Source: a virus. From it: 64,000 nt of DNA. The notes under the pieces are model-generated. The model did not search any database. It saw nothing but the letters and a program-made list of their open reading frames with translations, and was not told where the DNA came from. Both the position numbers and the translations under genes were made by a program. The DNA is taken from the IMG/VR virus record IMGVR_UViG_3300027791_000007, positions 64,001 through 128,000 of that record; one strand, written 5' to 3'. Positions 1-8,549 of this stretch are shown here, piece after piece; position 1 is the first letter of the stretch; each line of letters begins with the position of its first letter.

Positions 1-187
1 GCCATTTAATACGAAACTCTGTATTCTTTTCTAAATCAGATGTCATCAAGGTCTGTTCCGTTTCAATAGAATTTAGTCTTTCTATGATACCGAAATAAGC
101 CCAAGTTGCTACTGCAACTGCTATGATGATTGACACCATATTTCTAATGGGCATTGCTACATTAGTATTATCTGAAATCTCTGCCAT
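1..187 (-). CDS. Membrane protein, truncated by window edge (MAEISDNTNVAMPIRNMVSIIIAVAVATWAYFGIIERLNSIETEQ...)
   Basis: Translated by hand; ATG at 187 with upstream GGAG-type SD and late promoter at 208-215; one hydrophobic helix. Confidence 0.7.
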   Translation of the reverse strand, partial: MAEISDNTNVAMPIRNMVSIIIAVAVATWAYFGIIERLNSIETEQTLMTSDLEKNTEFRIKW

Positions 188-207
188 TTACAATCGCCTC
201 TCCATAC

Positions 208-215
208 TATTTATA
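208..215 (-). promoter_or_regulatory. T4-type late promoter TATAAATA
   Basis: Exact gp55 consensus, intergenic, about 20 nt upstream of ATG. Confidence 0.75.
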
Positions 216-275
216 AGTTGTCAATCTTTTGACAGTCACTTAAATTTGACATAAACCAAAATATGAATTTTGACA

Positions 276-752
276 CTACTCTTTTGCAGAGGCAGGCCAT
301 CTTCCAAACATTCTTACTGCATAATACGAGGCATAGATTTTCAAACTAGATACCTCTGGTTCAGCAGATTTCATACCATCTAAGAATACACGATCTGAAA
401 GATACCTTGCTCTTTTCCATGTTTTCTTATCTACCTTACCACCACCATGCCACCAGAAATGTCTAAGTTTTGCATATAGATGATCGTGGATTACAGCTGC
501 TCTTGCAACATCCCACGGTGAAATAAAGGCCCAGATTGCTCTTGGAACAGAGGCAAGGTCAGTTTTCATACCTTTACCACATGATACTCTGCCTGTACCT
601 TTACCAGTATCGACTACACTTGCGCCACACTGTGACAAAATTGCAACATCAGCATCGTTTAGTTCTTCGCTTTCAAATGATAATTGTTTTTCTAAAACCC
701 AACTTTTAGGGGGTGTAAATTCAGCAACTAATTTACCATTAAACTTTCCCAT
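276..752 (-). CDS. DUF1353-family protein
   Basis: Motifs TDLASVPRAIW and AAVIHDHLY, plus C-terminal YYAVRMFG, characteristic of this phage family. Confidence 0.75.
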   Translation of the reverse strand: MGKFNGKLVAEFTPPKSWVLEKQLSFESEELNDADVAILSQCGASVVDTGKGTGRVSCGKGMKTDLASVPRAIWAFISPWDVARAAVIHDHLYAKLRHFWWHGGGKVDKKTWKRARYLSDRVFLDGMKSAEPEVSSLKIYASYYAVRMFGRWPASAKE

Positions 753-754
753 AG

Positions 755-1126
755 TTAGTCCTTTCCCTTTGGTTCATCCGTTACAGCTTTCTGATAATAG
801 ATGATTATTTCTTTTTGTTGTTCAATATATCTTCTCAACTCTGCCATGTCTAATGCCAAGTTCTCATATGATGGAACAGACACAGCGTAAAAAACGTAAT
901 CACCATTTTCTTTCGTAAACTTCTCTTTAAACTCTTCGTAGTTTTTTTCCGTAACCACATAGAATTTAACTGGAAGCATTTTAACTGGTTTAGGCATAGG
1001 TTTTACATCTATTACTGGTTTAACAACCTTAGTAATAGTTACTATTTCCTTTTCAGGCATCCAACTACAACTACTTAGTAGTAGTAATAGACTCAAACAT
1101 GTCAAGAACCTTTTGAGATGCATCAT
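755..1126 (-). CDS. Putative outer-membrane lipoprotein spanin (o-spanin, Rz1-like)
   Basis: Signal peptide with lipobox LLSSC; Pro-rich stretch; start overlaps the end of the upstream TM/coiled-coil gene. Confidence 0.6.
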   Translation of the reverse strand: MMHLKRFLTCLSLLLLLSSCSWMPEKEIVTITKVVKPVIDVKPMPKPVKMLPVKFYVVTEKNYEEFKEKFTKENGDYVFYAVSVPSYENLALDMAELRRYIEQQKEIIIYYQKAVTDEPKGKD

Positions 1127-1451
1127 TTATCCTTTTTTGTGTTTCTTCTGGTTTGTTAAGAGATGCGGCTGGTAAATCTATTTTACTTAGTTTTTTCCTA
1201 AGTGTATTACCATATTTCTCTGCATCTATTAACTTTGAAGATAATTCTTTATTCAATTTACTTTGTTTTTCAAAGTTGTCTGTCATTGCTTTTATAGTCT
1301 CTTGGTTCTGTTGGTTTGCTACTTCTAGTTTTGCATTACTATCACGCAATACACCAAGTCTCTGTTGTGTGTCATTGTAGTAATAATATGCACCATAACC
1401 CACACCAGCGAGTAAACCCATAACTATTAACAATCCATATACTTTTATCAT
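1071..1451 (-). CDS. Putative inner-membrane spanin (i-spanin, Rz-like)
   Basis: Single N-terminal TM helix followed by a coiled coil; overlaps lipoprotein gene; late promoter upstream. Confidence 0.6.
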   Translation of the reverse strand: MIKVYGLLIVMGLLAGVGYGAYYYYNDTQQRLGVLRDSNAKLEVANQQNQETIKAMTDNFEKQSKLNKELSSKLIDAEKYGNTLRKKLSKIDLPAASLNKPEETQKRINDASQKVLDMFESITTTK

Positions 1452-1467
1452 ATTTTACCTCTCGTAC

Positions 1468-1475
1468 TATTTATA
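1468..1475 (-). promoter_or_regulatory. T4-type late promoter TATAAATA
   Basis: Exact consensus upstream of the spanin pair. Confidence 0.75.
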
Positions 1476-2535
1476 AAGTTTCTTTTCTTCTGGCGGTCAA
1501 GTTTTTTTGTGTACCACACTGTGAATAACATTGTCTTATATTATTTTTTGGGTCATTACTCCATAGTAATTCTATATAATCTCCTTGTTTTTTATATTCA
1601 TTTATTATCTCATCCCAATCATATTTTCTTAAATCTATTTTCATGTTTTTTAAAATTTGTACATGTTTAGCTTTATGCCCAACATGGTTTGGATTGTATT
1701 TAGATGCAAATTGATAATTACCCCACCAACAACAAGGTAAAACATCTCCATCACATGATACAAATAATTCCTCTTTTTTTTGTGATTGGCACAATATTCC
1801 AGATCCAGATGCATCCCAAGTTGATTCTGTCCATTTCTTTAATTCATTATTTTGTGGAACATAACTTGGTGTTCCACCAAATTTATCTAACATTTGTTGT
1901 TGAATCTTTTTTACTGGTGGTACTCTTGGTTCTCTTATTATACCATCTTCTAAAACGGTACGATTATTTCTTCTAAGTTCAAATTTTTTAAACCCCATCT
2001 TTTTTGCAAGTTCTCTTGCCTCATCTATTTGATGTTCGTTATGTTGAAATGCTATAAATACCCACTCTGCTCTACCACCATTATCTATAAATGTTTGTGC
2101 ATTTTTAATAATCGCATCAAAATTAGTATTTCTTCTATATAAATGATTTGTATCTCTCAACCCATCTATACTAAATCTTACATGACTCTTTCTTCTTGTC
2201 ATGGTTTTTGCAAGTTTTGTCCACCACTCTGTATTTCGCAAAGAACCATTTGTTACGACATGTATCTTACATTCAAATTGTTCTATGTATTCTACTATAT
2301 CTATGAGTTTGGGATGAATTGCTGGATCACCATAATTACCACAAAAATTAACACGCTCCATAGTTTCCCAAGGGATCTTTTTAAGAGTCTCTAATTGCAA
2401 ATCTATCCAACCAGAGTTCTCTATAAATTCTGTAACACCACTAGGTCTACTAGATGTTCTTCCACAAAGAGGACATCCAGCATTACACCTATTAGTAAGT
2501 TCTATATGAAGTTTTTTAATATCACTTTTTATCAT
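1471..2535 (-). CDS. Radical SAM protein with C-terminal SPASM/twitch-like Cys cluster
   Basis: CNAGCPLC (CxxxCxxC), GNYGDP, TNGS, FSIDG, C-terminal C...GDVLPCC...CxxxC. Confidence 0.9.
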   Translation of the reverse strand: MIKSDIKKLHIELTNRCNAGCPLCGRTSSRPSGVTEFIENSGWIDLQLETLKKIPWETMERVNFCGNYGDPAIHPKLIDIVEYIEQFECKIHVVTNGSLRNTEWWTKLAKTMTRRKSHVRFSIDGLRDTNHLYRRNTNFDAIIKNAQTFIDNGGRAEWVFIAFQHNEHQIDEARELAKKMGFKKFELRRNNRTVLEDGIIREPRVPPVKKIQQQMLDKFGGTPSYVPQNNELKKWTESTWDASGSGILCQSQKKEELFVSCDGDVLPCCWWGNYQFASKYNPNHVGHKAKHVQILKNMKIDLRKYDWDEIINEYKKQGDYIELLWSNDPKNNIRQCYSQCGTQKNLTARRKETL

Positions 2536-3607
2536 TCTCTAAACCATAATCGCTTCTATTCATTATCATATACATTTTTTCTGCAAGTAAATTACCGACA
2601 ACATAATCTTGTAAATAATGAAATCCAGCTAAAACTCTACCATATCCACATTCTTTTGCAGCTTCAATGATACCTTTTCTATGTTCTGGAAATTTATTAG
2701 ATATATACAATGCAACTAACATAGATTGTGTTGCATGTCCACTAGGATAACTCTTAGTTTTATTAGTTGTACTTGCCATTGGTTTAATTTCGTTATCATG
2801 ATCAAAAGGTCTTTTTAAGTCAAAAATTTCTTTAAAATATTTGATTGTTGGTCTTGCCTGCTGAACTATATCTATCATCTCATTTTCGTGAAATGACATA
2901 CCGTGTTCAAGTAAATATTGCTCAATCGCATAATAAGTCTGTTCATCATGGTTAGCAATAGACTCTTCATCTTTGTCTGTTCTTTTTGCCATAAGGGATT
3001 TTAATTTTAATACTTCCTCATCCAGATCAGTGTTGGGTTCTGGTAATGTTATTTGAAGGTGTAAGTCTTTTGGAAAAAACTCCATTGCTTCATTAAAACT
3101 TTCAAACTTTAACTTAGGCCCAGAGGTTTTAAAATCTTTCTTTCTCATTACTGTCTTTGCAACAAGTTCTAACTCTCCACCCTTTAGGTTTAATACAAAC
3201 GGCATATTGATATCAGTTTTCATATCATTGATAACTGCTTCTGCATCAGGCCCTAGTTGTGCGATAGTCTTACCAAATTTCTTGTGTGACTGTTTGAATA
3301 GTCTAGTAAGTTCTGCTGGTGTGATTTGTTTATTGTTTCTCGCATCATTTACTCTGTCTAAGAAATGTCGTGTAAACTCTACGTCAATACCAAGAGATGC
3401 AAATATTCTATCTGCATACTTCTCTATTTGATCTAAATCGGATTTCTTTAATGGTTTTTCTGATTGTGCATTTAAATTAATGATTGGAACATAGGTATCT
3501 AACCCAGGCCCAAGGCTACCATCTTTATAAGATACACCAGACAAAGACTCTTTAATATGTGTTCTAAAATCACGAGGCATTGTAAATCCTCTACTGTTAC
3601 TTTGCAA
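2522..3607 (-). CDS. Two-domain protein: N-terminal 'FTRHFLDR' module plus C-terminal PAP2-family phosphatase (probable start ATG 3580)
   Basis: All three PAP2 motifs present: K-x6-RP (KEIFDLKRP), YPSGH, R-x5-H-x3-D (RVLAGFHYLQD). Confidence 0.75.
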   Translation of the reverse strand: MQSNSRGFTMPRDFRTHIKESLSGVSYKDGSLGPGLDTYVPIINLNAQSEKPLKKSDLDQIEKYADRIFASLGIDVEFTRHFLDRVNDARNNKQITPAELTRLFKQSHKKFGKTIAQLGPDAEAVINDMKTDINMPFVLNLKGGELELVAKTVMRKKDFKTSGPKLKFESFNEAMEFFPKDLHLQITLPEPNTDLDEEVLKLKSLMAKRTDKDEESIANHDEQTYYAIEQYLLEHGMSFHENEMIDIVQQARPTIKYFKEIFDLKRPFDHDNEIKPMASTTNKTKSYPSGHATQSMLVALYISNKFPEHRKGIIEAAKECGYGRVLAGFHYLQDYVVGNLLAEKMYMIMNRSDYGLENDKK

Positions 3608-4103
3608 CTTTAAAAGCGATATTTTGTAGTTTCAGAAAATCACCTTTCTTACCGTTCATCATAGGTTTTAACTTTGCTTTATTAACATCATTAACCTTAT
3701 CATAAACTTGTGTAATTACGGATGCTGTCATCAAGTCGCATTTCATAGTTCCATCTTTGAACTTTAAATTTTTAGCCTGTTTACTCTTTACGATTGATCT
3801 CATCACATCAAGATTTTCTTCTGCAAGAAGAGACTCGATACCAAACTCTTGAACACTTGCAATAACACTACTTTGAAAAGAACCCTCTCTCATGGATTTC
3901 TTTTCTCTTTTCATTTGCAATTGTTTTGCATGAGCTCTATATGCTTTTGTTCTTGCATCTAAAAGACTTTTCTTTTTCTTTTTCTTCATCATAGCATCAG
4001 GCGGCATAGCAACTCCACCAGCAGCATTACTGTTAGTTGGAGCATCTTCTTCTATGTTGTTGCCTGTGTATGGATCTACTTCTGTATATATTTTATTTGG
4101 CAT
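3597..4103 (-). CDS. Hypothetical, probable prohead core/internal protein
   Basis: Charged; IEE/LAEE sites resembling gp21 cleavage motifs; in late-gene block. Confidence 0.5.
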   Translation of the reverse strand: MPNKIYTEVDPYTGNNIEEDAPTNSNAAGGVAMPPDAMMKKKKKKSLLDARTKAYRAHAKQLQMKREKKSMREGSFQSSVIASVQEFGIESLLAEENLDVMRSIVKSKQAKNLKFKDGTMKCDLMTASVITQVYDKVNDVNKAKLKPMMNGKKGDFLKLQNIAFKVAK

Positions 4104-4710
4104 TTTTAATATCCTCTACACTTACATATATTTTTTCTTGGGTTCTAATATGAATAACTGGAAATATCTCAACACCCAAAACTGTATCAATAGGTGGTTC
4201 GTCATCATATGTGATAACCTTATCACCTTTTTTAGCAGTTAATTCTTCTTCTTCTTTATTTAGTATATCGTTGATTAGCACATATTCACCTTTGGGTAAA
4301 ACCTCACCAAAACCGGCAATCTCTTCTGAAATTGTATCGTCCAACTGTATTTCGTTCTCATGTAAAAATTTGATAAACTCTTTTTCAAACATATCTTTAT
4401 CATCAACAGATTCTTTGAATGTATCTTTTAGTAGAAACAACGCTGCAGCATATGTACCAACCTTACTTCTAAGTCCAGGCACTTTGTTAAAAATCTTTTT
4501 GATGTTGAATACAAGTTTGTGTAGAATAGTATATGCATTTTTTTCTTGTGATGAAACCAAGGGAACTTGTGGTTTCTTTGCTTTATCTTGCATAATACGA
4601 TTGCCCTTTTCGTCAATGATACCCAACTTATAAGCATCAGTGTCCTCAAAGGGTGTTGTTAGTAACCGTAAAAATCTATACGTTACAAATAGGTCTATCG
4701 CTCTTCCCAT
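4093..4710 (-). CDS. Conserved T4-like marine phage hypothetical protein
   Basis: N-terminus YRFLRLLTTPFEDTDAYKLGIIDEKG recognisable from T4-like phages; translationally coupled to neighbours. Confidence 0.65.
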   Translation of the reverse strand: MGRAIDLFVTYRFLRLLTTPFEDTDAYKLGIIDEKGNRIMQDKAKKPQVPLVSSQEKNAYTILHKLVFNIKKIFNKVPGLRSKVGTYAAALFLLKDTFKESVDDKDMFEKEFIKFLHENEIQLDDTISEEIAGFGEVLPKGEYVLINDILNKEEEELTAKKGDKVITYDDEPPIDTVLGVEIFPVIHIRTQEKIYVSVEDIKNAK

Positions 4711-5072
4711 TATAGTTCCTCTAGTTTTTCTAGAACAAAAGAATCTGTTTCTATAATCTTTAGTTCATCTTCTCTAATTATATTTAGGTAAATACAAAAC
4801 GCCTTTAGTGCAGATAAGTGTTCGTGTTGTATTTTGTGTATAAGAAGAGTTGCACAGGCTTCTGGGCCAAATACATTTGATAAGACTATAATGTGATTGA
4901 TTAGTAGACGTTCTTTTAAAATACCACTTTCATAGTATTTTCTTAGAAGCCTTTTAATATATTTAAATCTTTTCAGATCGTCTTGAAATTCTTTTTCACC
5001 TTCGCAATGTGGGTTGTTGTAATGCCTTATGGCATACATCATTACATTTTCAGGCGTTATCTTTTCATACAT
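4710..5072 (-). CDS. Conserved T4-like marine phage hypothetical protein
   Basis: YNNPHC...EFQDDLKRFKYIKRLL...LKERLLINHII motif typical of cyanophage/pelagiphage core hypotheticals. Confidence 0.7.
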   Translation of the reverse strand: MYEKITPENVMMYAIRHYNNPHCEGEKEFQDDLKRFKYIKRLLRKYYESGILKERLLINHIIVLSNVFGPEACATLLIHKIQHEHLSALKAFCIYLNIIREDELKIIETDSFVLEKLEEL

Positions 5073-5075
5073 GTA

Positions 5076-5507
5076 CTATACAATGGAAGCGTATAGTTTA
5101 CATGAATTATTTCTTCCTACCATTTCATAATCCACTTTCAACTTCAATCCACCCTCTACCATGTGAGAAATCCCATCATCGTCTAAAAACTCATCAAATG
5201 GTGTATTCTCATCTTTACCAAATCTTCCACCCATCTTATTAAGTTGAAGTTCAAATGAACCACTCTGTTCACTCATACTTGGTGTTGCTTCCATACCAAG
5301 ACCAACAGCTGCTAATCTATTTCTTAAAGTATTAAGAGCGTGTTCTGGTAAAATAAATTCTTGATTTCCTATCAGTCCAACAAATGCATTAAGTCTTTTT
5401 ACGACTTCTGGATTTCCTAGTTCGGCAGGATTAATATCTAAATCCACAGCAACATTATGGTGCATATTATTGTGAACTTCTTTTATGTGTTGTTTAAAAC
5501 TTTTCAT
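5076..5507 (-). CDS. Hypothetical with capsid-targeting-like N-terminus (MKSFKQHIKE)
   Basis: ORF track; N-terminus resembles T4 internal-protein CTS MKTYQEFIAE. Confidence 0.6.
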   Translation of the reverse strand: MKSFKQHIKEVHNNMHHNVAVDLDINPAELGNPEVVKRLNAFVGLIGNQEFILPEHALNTLRNRLAAVGLGMEATPSMSEQSGSFELQLNKMGGRFGKDENTPFDEFLDDDGISHMVEGGLKLKVDYEMVGRNNSCKLYASIV

Positions 5508-5635
5508 GAGTTACAACCTTCGCAGTTACAGTTATCATCACATTGTCCTTTACAAGCACACGAACTATCGCACCCACAAGGATTAGGAGTTTCATCTGAA
5601 CCATCGTATATTTCTTTCAACTCTTTTCGTTCCAT
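5504..5635 (-). CDS. 43-aa Cys-rich metallothionein-like peptide MERKELKEIYDGSDETPNPCGCDSSCACKGQCDDNCNCEGCNS
   Basis: Translated by hand (below ORF-track cutoff); SD AAGGAG upstream; TGA overlaps next ATG (ATGA); 8 Cys in CxC/CxxC patterns. Confidence 0.75.
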   Translation of the reverse strand: MERKELKEIYDGSDETPNPCGCDSSCACKGQCDDNCNCEGCNS

Positions 5636-5654
5636 TTTTAACTCCTTTAATAGT

Positions 5655-5687
5655 ATATAGTAGGGGAGCAGAACCCCCCTACTATAT
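5655..5687 (-). terminator. Stem-loop (12-bp inverted repeat ATATAGTAGGGG/CCCCTACTATAT), likely terminator or processing hairpin
   Basis: Perfect inverted repeat between two small ORFs. Confidence 0.6.
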
Positions 5688-5693
5688 TTAATA

Positions 5694-5813
5694 TTACTTC
5701 TTTGCAGCCCTCTTGACTACCTTTTTAACTGCCTGAACTGCTTTAGGAGCAGTTGTACGAGCTACTGGAGGCACCATCATTTTGCCTGCTTTTGACATGA
5801 ATCTTAATCCCAT
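5694..5813 (-). CDS. 39-aa basic Lys/Ala/Val-rich peptide MGLRFMSKAGKMMVPPVARTTAPKAVQAVKKVVKRAAKK
   Basis: Translated by hand; SD AAGGAGA upstream; flanked by hairpins. Confidence 0.7.
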   Translation of the reverse strand: MGLRFMSKAGKMMVPPVARTTAPKAVQAVKKVVKRAAKK

Positions 5814-5841
5814 TGTAATCTCCTTTATCTAATATGGGAAA

Positions 5842-5861
5842 TGGGGAGGCGAACCCCCCCA
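5842..5861 (-). terminator. G/C-rich hairpin with UUCG loop
   Basis: Minus strand TGGGGGGG-TTCG-CCTCCCCA just after stop of 5872-6345; weak U tail. Confidence 0.55.
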
Positions 5862-5871
5862 AATCTAATTA

Positions 5872-6345
5872 TTAGTTAGCGATATCAACAAGTCCACTAT
5901 CAGCACCAGCATCATGCTGTCCGATAACGGCCCATGAAGAACCAGTCCACATTAGTATAACAGCATCACCGTCATCAACAAAGTTGATGTCTGCATAACC
6001 CAATGGGTCAGCAGGTGTACATACAGATGTACCACCATCAGTGTCGTTAATGATAACTTTCAACTGACCTACGATAGTTCCATCAGCAATAGTAGTAGCG
6101 TTAGAACCAGCAGTCTGAAGCAAAGTAACAGCAGTTGTTACAGACAATGCAGCCTGTGTACCATCAGAAATATCTTCTACAGAATTTGAAAATCCGATAA
6201 AAGAAGGAAGGTTGTTAATAAAGTTAGTTACACTAACCTTTTTGTTAATAGGTGTTCCAGTTGGATCATCTACAACGTGTAGCAAGTCTGCGCCTGCGAT
6301 GCCTGTTGAAAGGTCAGTCAGTGCAGTAATTTTCTTATCAGCCAT
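5872..6345 (-). CDS. Probable virion structural (fibre/decoration-like) protein
   Basis: MADKKITALT N-terminus common in phage fibre proteins; T/G/D/A-rich; strong SD. Confidence 0.55.
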   Translation of the reverse strand: MADKKITALTDLSTGIAGADLLHVVDDPTGTPINKKVSVTNFINNLPSFIGFSNSVEDISDGTQAALSVTTAVTLLQTAGSNATTIADGTIVGQLKVIINDTDGGTSVCTPADPLGYADINFVDDGDAVILMWTGSSWAVIGQHDAGADSGLVDIAN

Positions 6346-6435
6346 TTTTATTCTCCTTAAATAGCGTTATTAAATACCTAGACAATTCTAGGAATATTAC
6401 TGTAGGTACACACTCGGCGTCCTACATCACCCATG

Positions 6436-6735
6436 TTATTCTTTTTTGGAGACTGTAGATAAATCTTTATCTATCGACTCTTGACTAACATCAATTATAT
6501 AACCGTCTAGAAGATCTTGGGTTACTTGTTTTGCACCAGTAAGTGCATTTATCAACCCAACATATTCTAATCTCTTCTTGTCATGCAAATCTAGTTGGGA
6601 TTTAACCTTTTCTAAATCTGCATCTAGTACCGTATCCTTTTGCAACAACTTGTTAAACAATGCAGCTGCTTTGGTGCCAGGCACTAGTACAATTTCTTCT
6701 CGTTCAGTGTTATCCACTCTCTGTTTCATTACCAT
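6436..6735 (-). CDS. Hypothetical coiled-coil protein
   Basis: ORF track; late promoter at 6763-6770. Confidence 0.6.
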   Translation of the reverse strand: MVMKQRVDNTEREEIVLVPGTKAAALFNKLLQKDTVLDADLEKVKSQLDLHDKKRLEYVGLINALTGAKQVTQDLLDGYIIDVSQESIDKDLSTVSKKE

Positions 6736-6762
6736 ATTATATTCACCTTTAATTTATAATAT

Positions 6763-6770
6763 TATTTATA
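6763..6770 (-). promoter_or_regulatory. T4-type late promoter TATAAATA
   Basis: Exact consensus, intergenic. Confidence 0.7.
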
Positions 6771-6798
6771 AGACTTTTTGGCCCTATTTTTTCACTTA

Positions 6799-7989
6799 TT
6801 ATGTAGTAGTAACTCCGTTTAGGATAGAACCAGTTCCACTTGTAGAACCTACTTGTGAGTGTAATACAATATCAGAAGTCTTATCTTCTGCAAGTATAGC
6901 ATCAAACTCATCAGCACTTGAACCGTTTGTAGCATCAAAGATGATTGTACCACTAGTATCTCTACCTTCTGTACCATCTTCAAGCAATCCAATTTTGACA
7001 GCAGTATCTTCACCAGTTCTTGTAATACCAGTAATATCTGTAGTTCCACTATCTCCTTGAACAACTAAGTCTAATCCCTCATCACACAAACTGTCGTGTC
7101 CATCAGCAGAGAAGTTTAGAACTATGTCGTTTGCAACTGTAACTGGTCTTGAAAGTGTGACACTTGTTGAACCATTTGTTGCAGTAACAGTTAATGAACC
7201 ATCTTGTGATAAGTCAGTTGAACCATTTTCGTCTGTCAATGGTGTTGCATTTGCCTGTCCGTAAACTTTCATACCTACTGCAATTGTACCAGAGTTACCA
7301 TCTAGAACCAAAGCAGTTGTTGCTGTTGTAATTGCACCATTTACCGTTCCAACAATAGCAGCAACGGAGTCAAGAACAATTCTACCAGCAGGAACAGCGT
7401 CAGTACCACCTTCTTGTCTTATTGCAAGGATAGATGTTCCATCTTCTTCTGTAGCATCAGCAGAACCGTTGAAAACGATTGCTTTTGTGTTAAATCCAAT
7501 AAAACCAGCAGCGGCCGCTTGTAGTGAACCTCTGAATGTAATTTGGTTTGTTCCAGAACCAGAGAGATATTGGGCAGCAATTGTGTTGTCCTCTACCATG
7601 TCTGTCGCACCAAGTCTATTTAATAGAATGTATGCTTTGTTTGTTACTGTTTGGTTCGCTGTTACAGCGGCACTTGTCATGTCTACTGCTTCATCGAATG
7701 TTAGTGTTATATCAAATGTTGCACTATCGGCATATATACCGTCTGTCCAATCAATTGAGCGTACCGTAGCCGAACCAGCAATTGCCGCAAGGTTTCTAAT
7801 GCATACTAGGATTTCTGGTTGAGCATCTTTATTGTCGTTACCAGAAGCCGCAAGGCCAGAGGCAAGCGCCCATCCACCACTTGTTGCAATGGCGTTTTGT
7901 CTCGAACCCATTGATCCAGAAGCATTATCGTCCTCAGGCAAGAATTTTGGTCGGTTAGCTGAACTTGTATTTGATCCCCATAAACCCAT
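6799..7989 (-). CDS. Probable virion structural/decoration protein
   Basis: MGLWG...RPK N-terminus seen in T4-like marine virion proteins; T/G/A/S-rich beta-type sequence; late promoter upstream. Confidence 0.6.
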   Translation of the reverse strand: MGLWGSNTSSANRPKFLPEDDNASGSMGSRQNAIATSGGWALASGLAASGNDNKDAQPEILVCIRNLAAIAGSATVRSIDWTDGIYADSATFDITLTFDEAVDMTSAAVTANQTVTNKAYILLNRLGATDMVEDNTIAAQYLSGSGTNQITFRGSLQAAAAGFIGFNTKAIVFNGSADATEEDGTSILAIRQEGGTDAVPAGRIVLDSVAAIVGTVNGAITTATTALVLDGNSGTIAVGMKVYGQANATPLTDENGSTDLSQDGSLTVTATNGSTSVTLSRPVTVANDIVLNFSADGHDSLCDEGLDLVVQGDSGTTDITGITRTGEDTAVKIGLLEDGTEGRDTSGTIIFDATNGSSADEFDAILAEDKTSDIVLHSQVGSTSGTGSILNGVTTT

Positions 7990-8024
7990 TTTAATCTCCT
8001 TTAGATCTTTAATCTATTTCCTTT

Positions 8025-8032
8025 TATTTATA
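8025..8032 (-). promoter_or_regulatory. T4-type late promoter TATAAATA
   Basis: Exact consensus upstream of 6799-7989. Confidence 0.75.
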
Positions 8033-8033
8033 A

Positions 8034-8546
8034 TTATCTATATCCCAAAGACTTCAATCTTGTAATAGTTTTATTGACATTCGTGTGATGAACCCCAATT
8101 CCACCTCTTTGTTCCCATTCCTTAATGTTCTTTATGTAATCATCAACTAAAACGGATGGTTTCCCATCAATTGTGGCATATGCCTGTTTCTGATCTCTTT
8201 GTACCAAATGAATATTACCTCGTTTAACATTCGTATTTTTGGCCAACCATTTCATCTTACCTGGCCTAGAATTTGAATCCTTCTTTGAAAAAGCAGAAAG
8301 AATATGTGCATCATATTTAGCAATAAATTGCCATAACTTTTTAGAACCAGGCATCCATTCTAACTCTGCCCAGAAACCTTTAGTATCACTAATCTTCTGC
8401 CATCGTTCTCCCTTATCAGCAGTAACAAATGAACCCCCAGCAGCTTTATCAGCACCAGCCATAAAGTTACATAGAACTTGATCCATGTCACAATATATAA
8501 TAGGCAAATCTTCTTTTGCCGTCATTAACTCCGAAAGAGTTTTCAT
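8034..8546 (-). CDS. HAD-superfamily 5'(3')-deoxyribonucleotidase-like protein
   Basis: IYCDMDQVL (motif I DxD), ILSA (II), K (III), LVDD..KNI.EW (IV). Confidence 0.8.
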   Translation of the reverse strand: MKTLSELMTAKEDLPIIYCDMDQVLCNFMAGADKAAGGSFVTADKGERWQKISDTKGFWAELEWMPGSKKLWQFIAKYDAHILSAFSKKDSNSRPGKMKWLAKNTNVKRGNIHLVQRDQKQAYATIDGKPSVLVDDYIKNIKEWEQRGGIGVHHTNVNKTITRLKSLGYR

Positions 8547-8549
8547 ACT

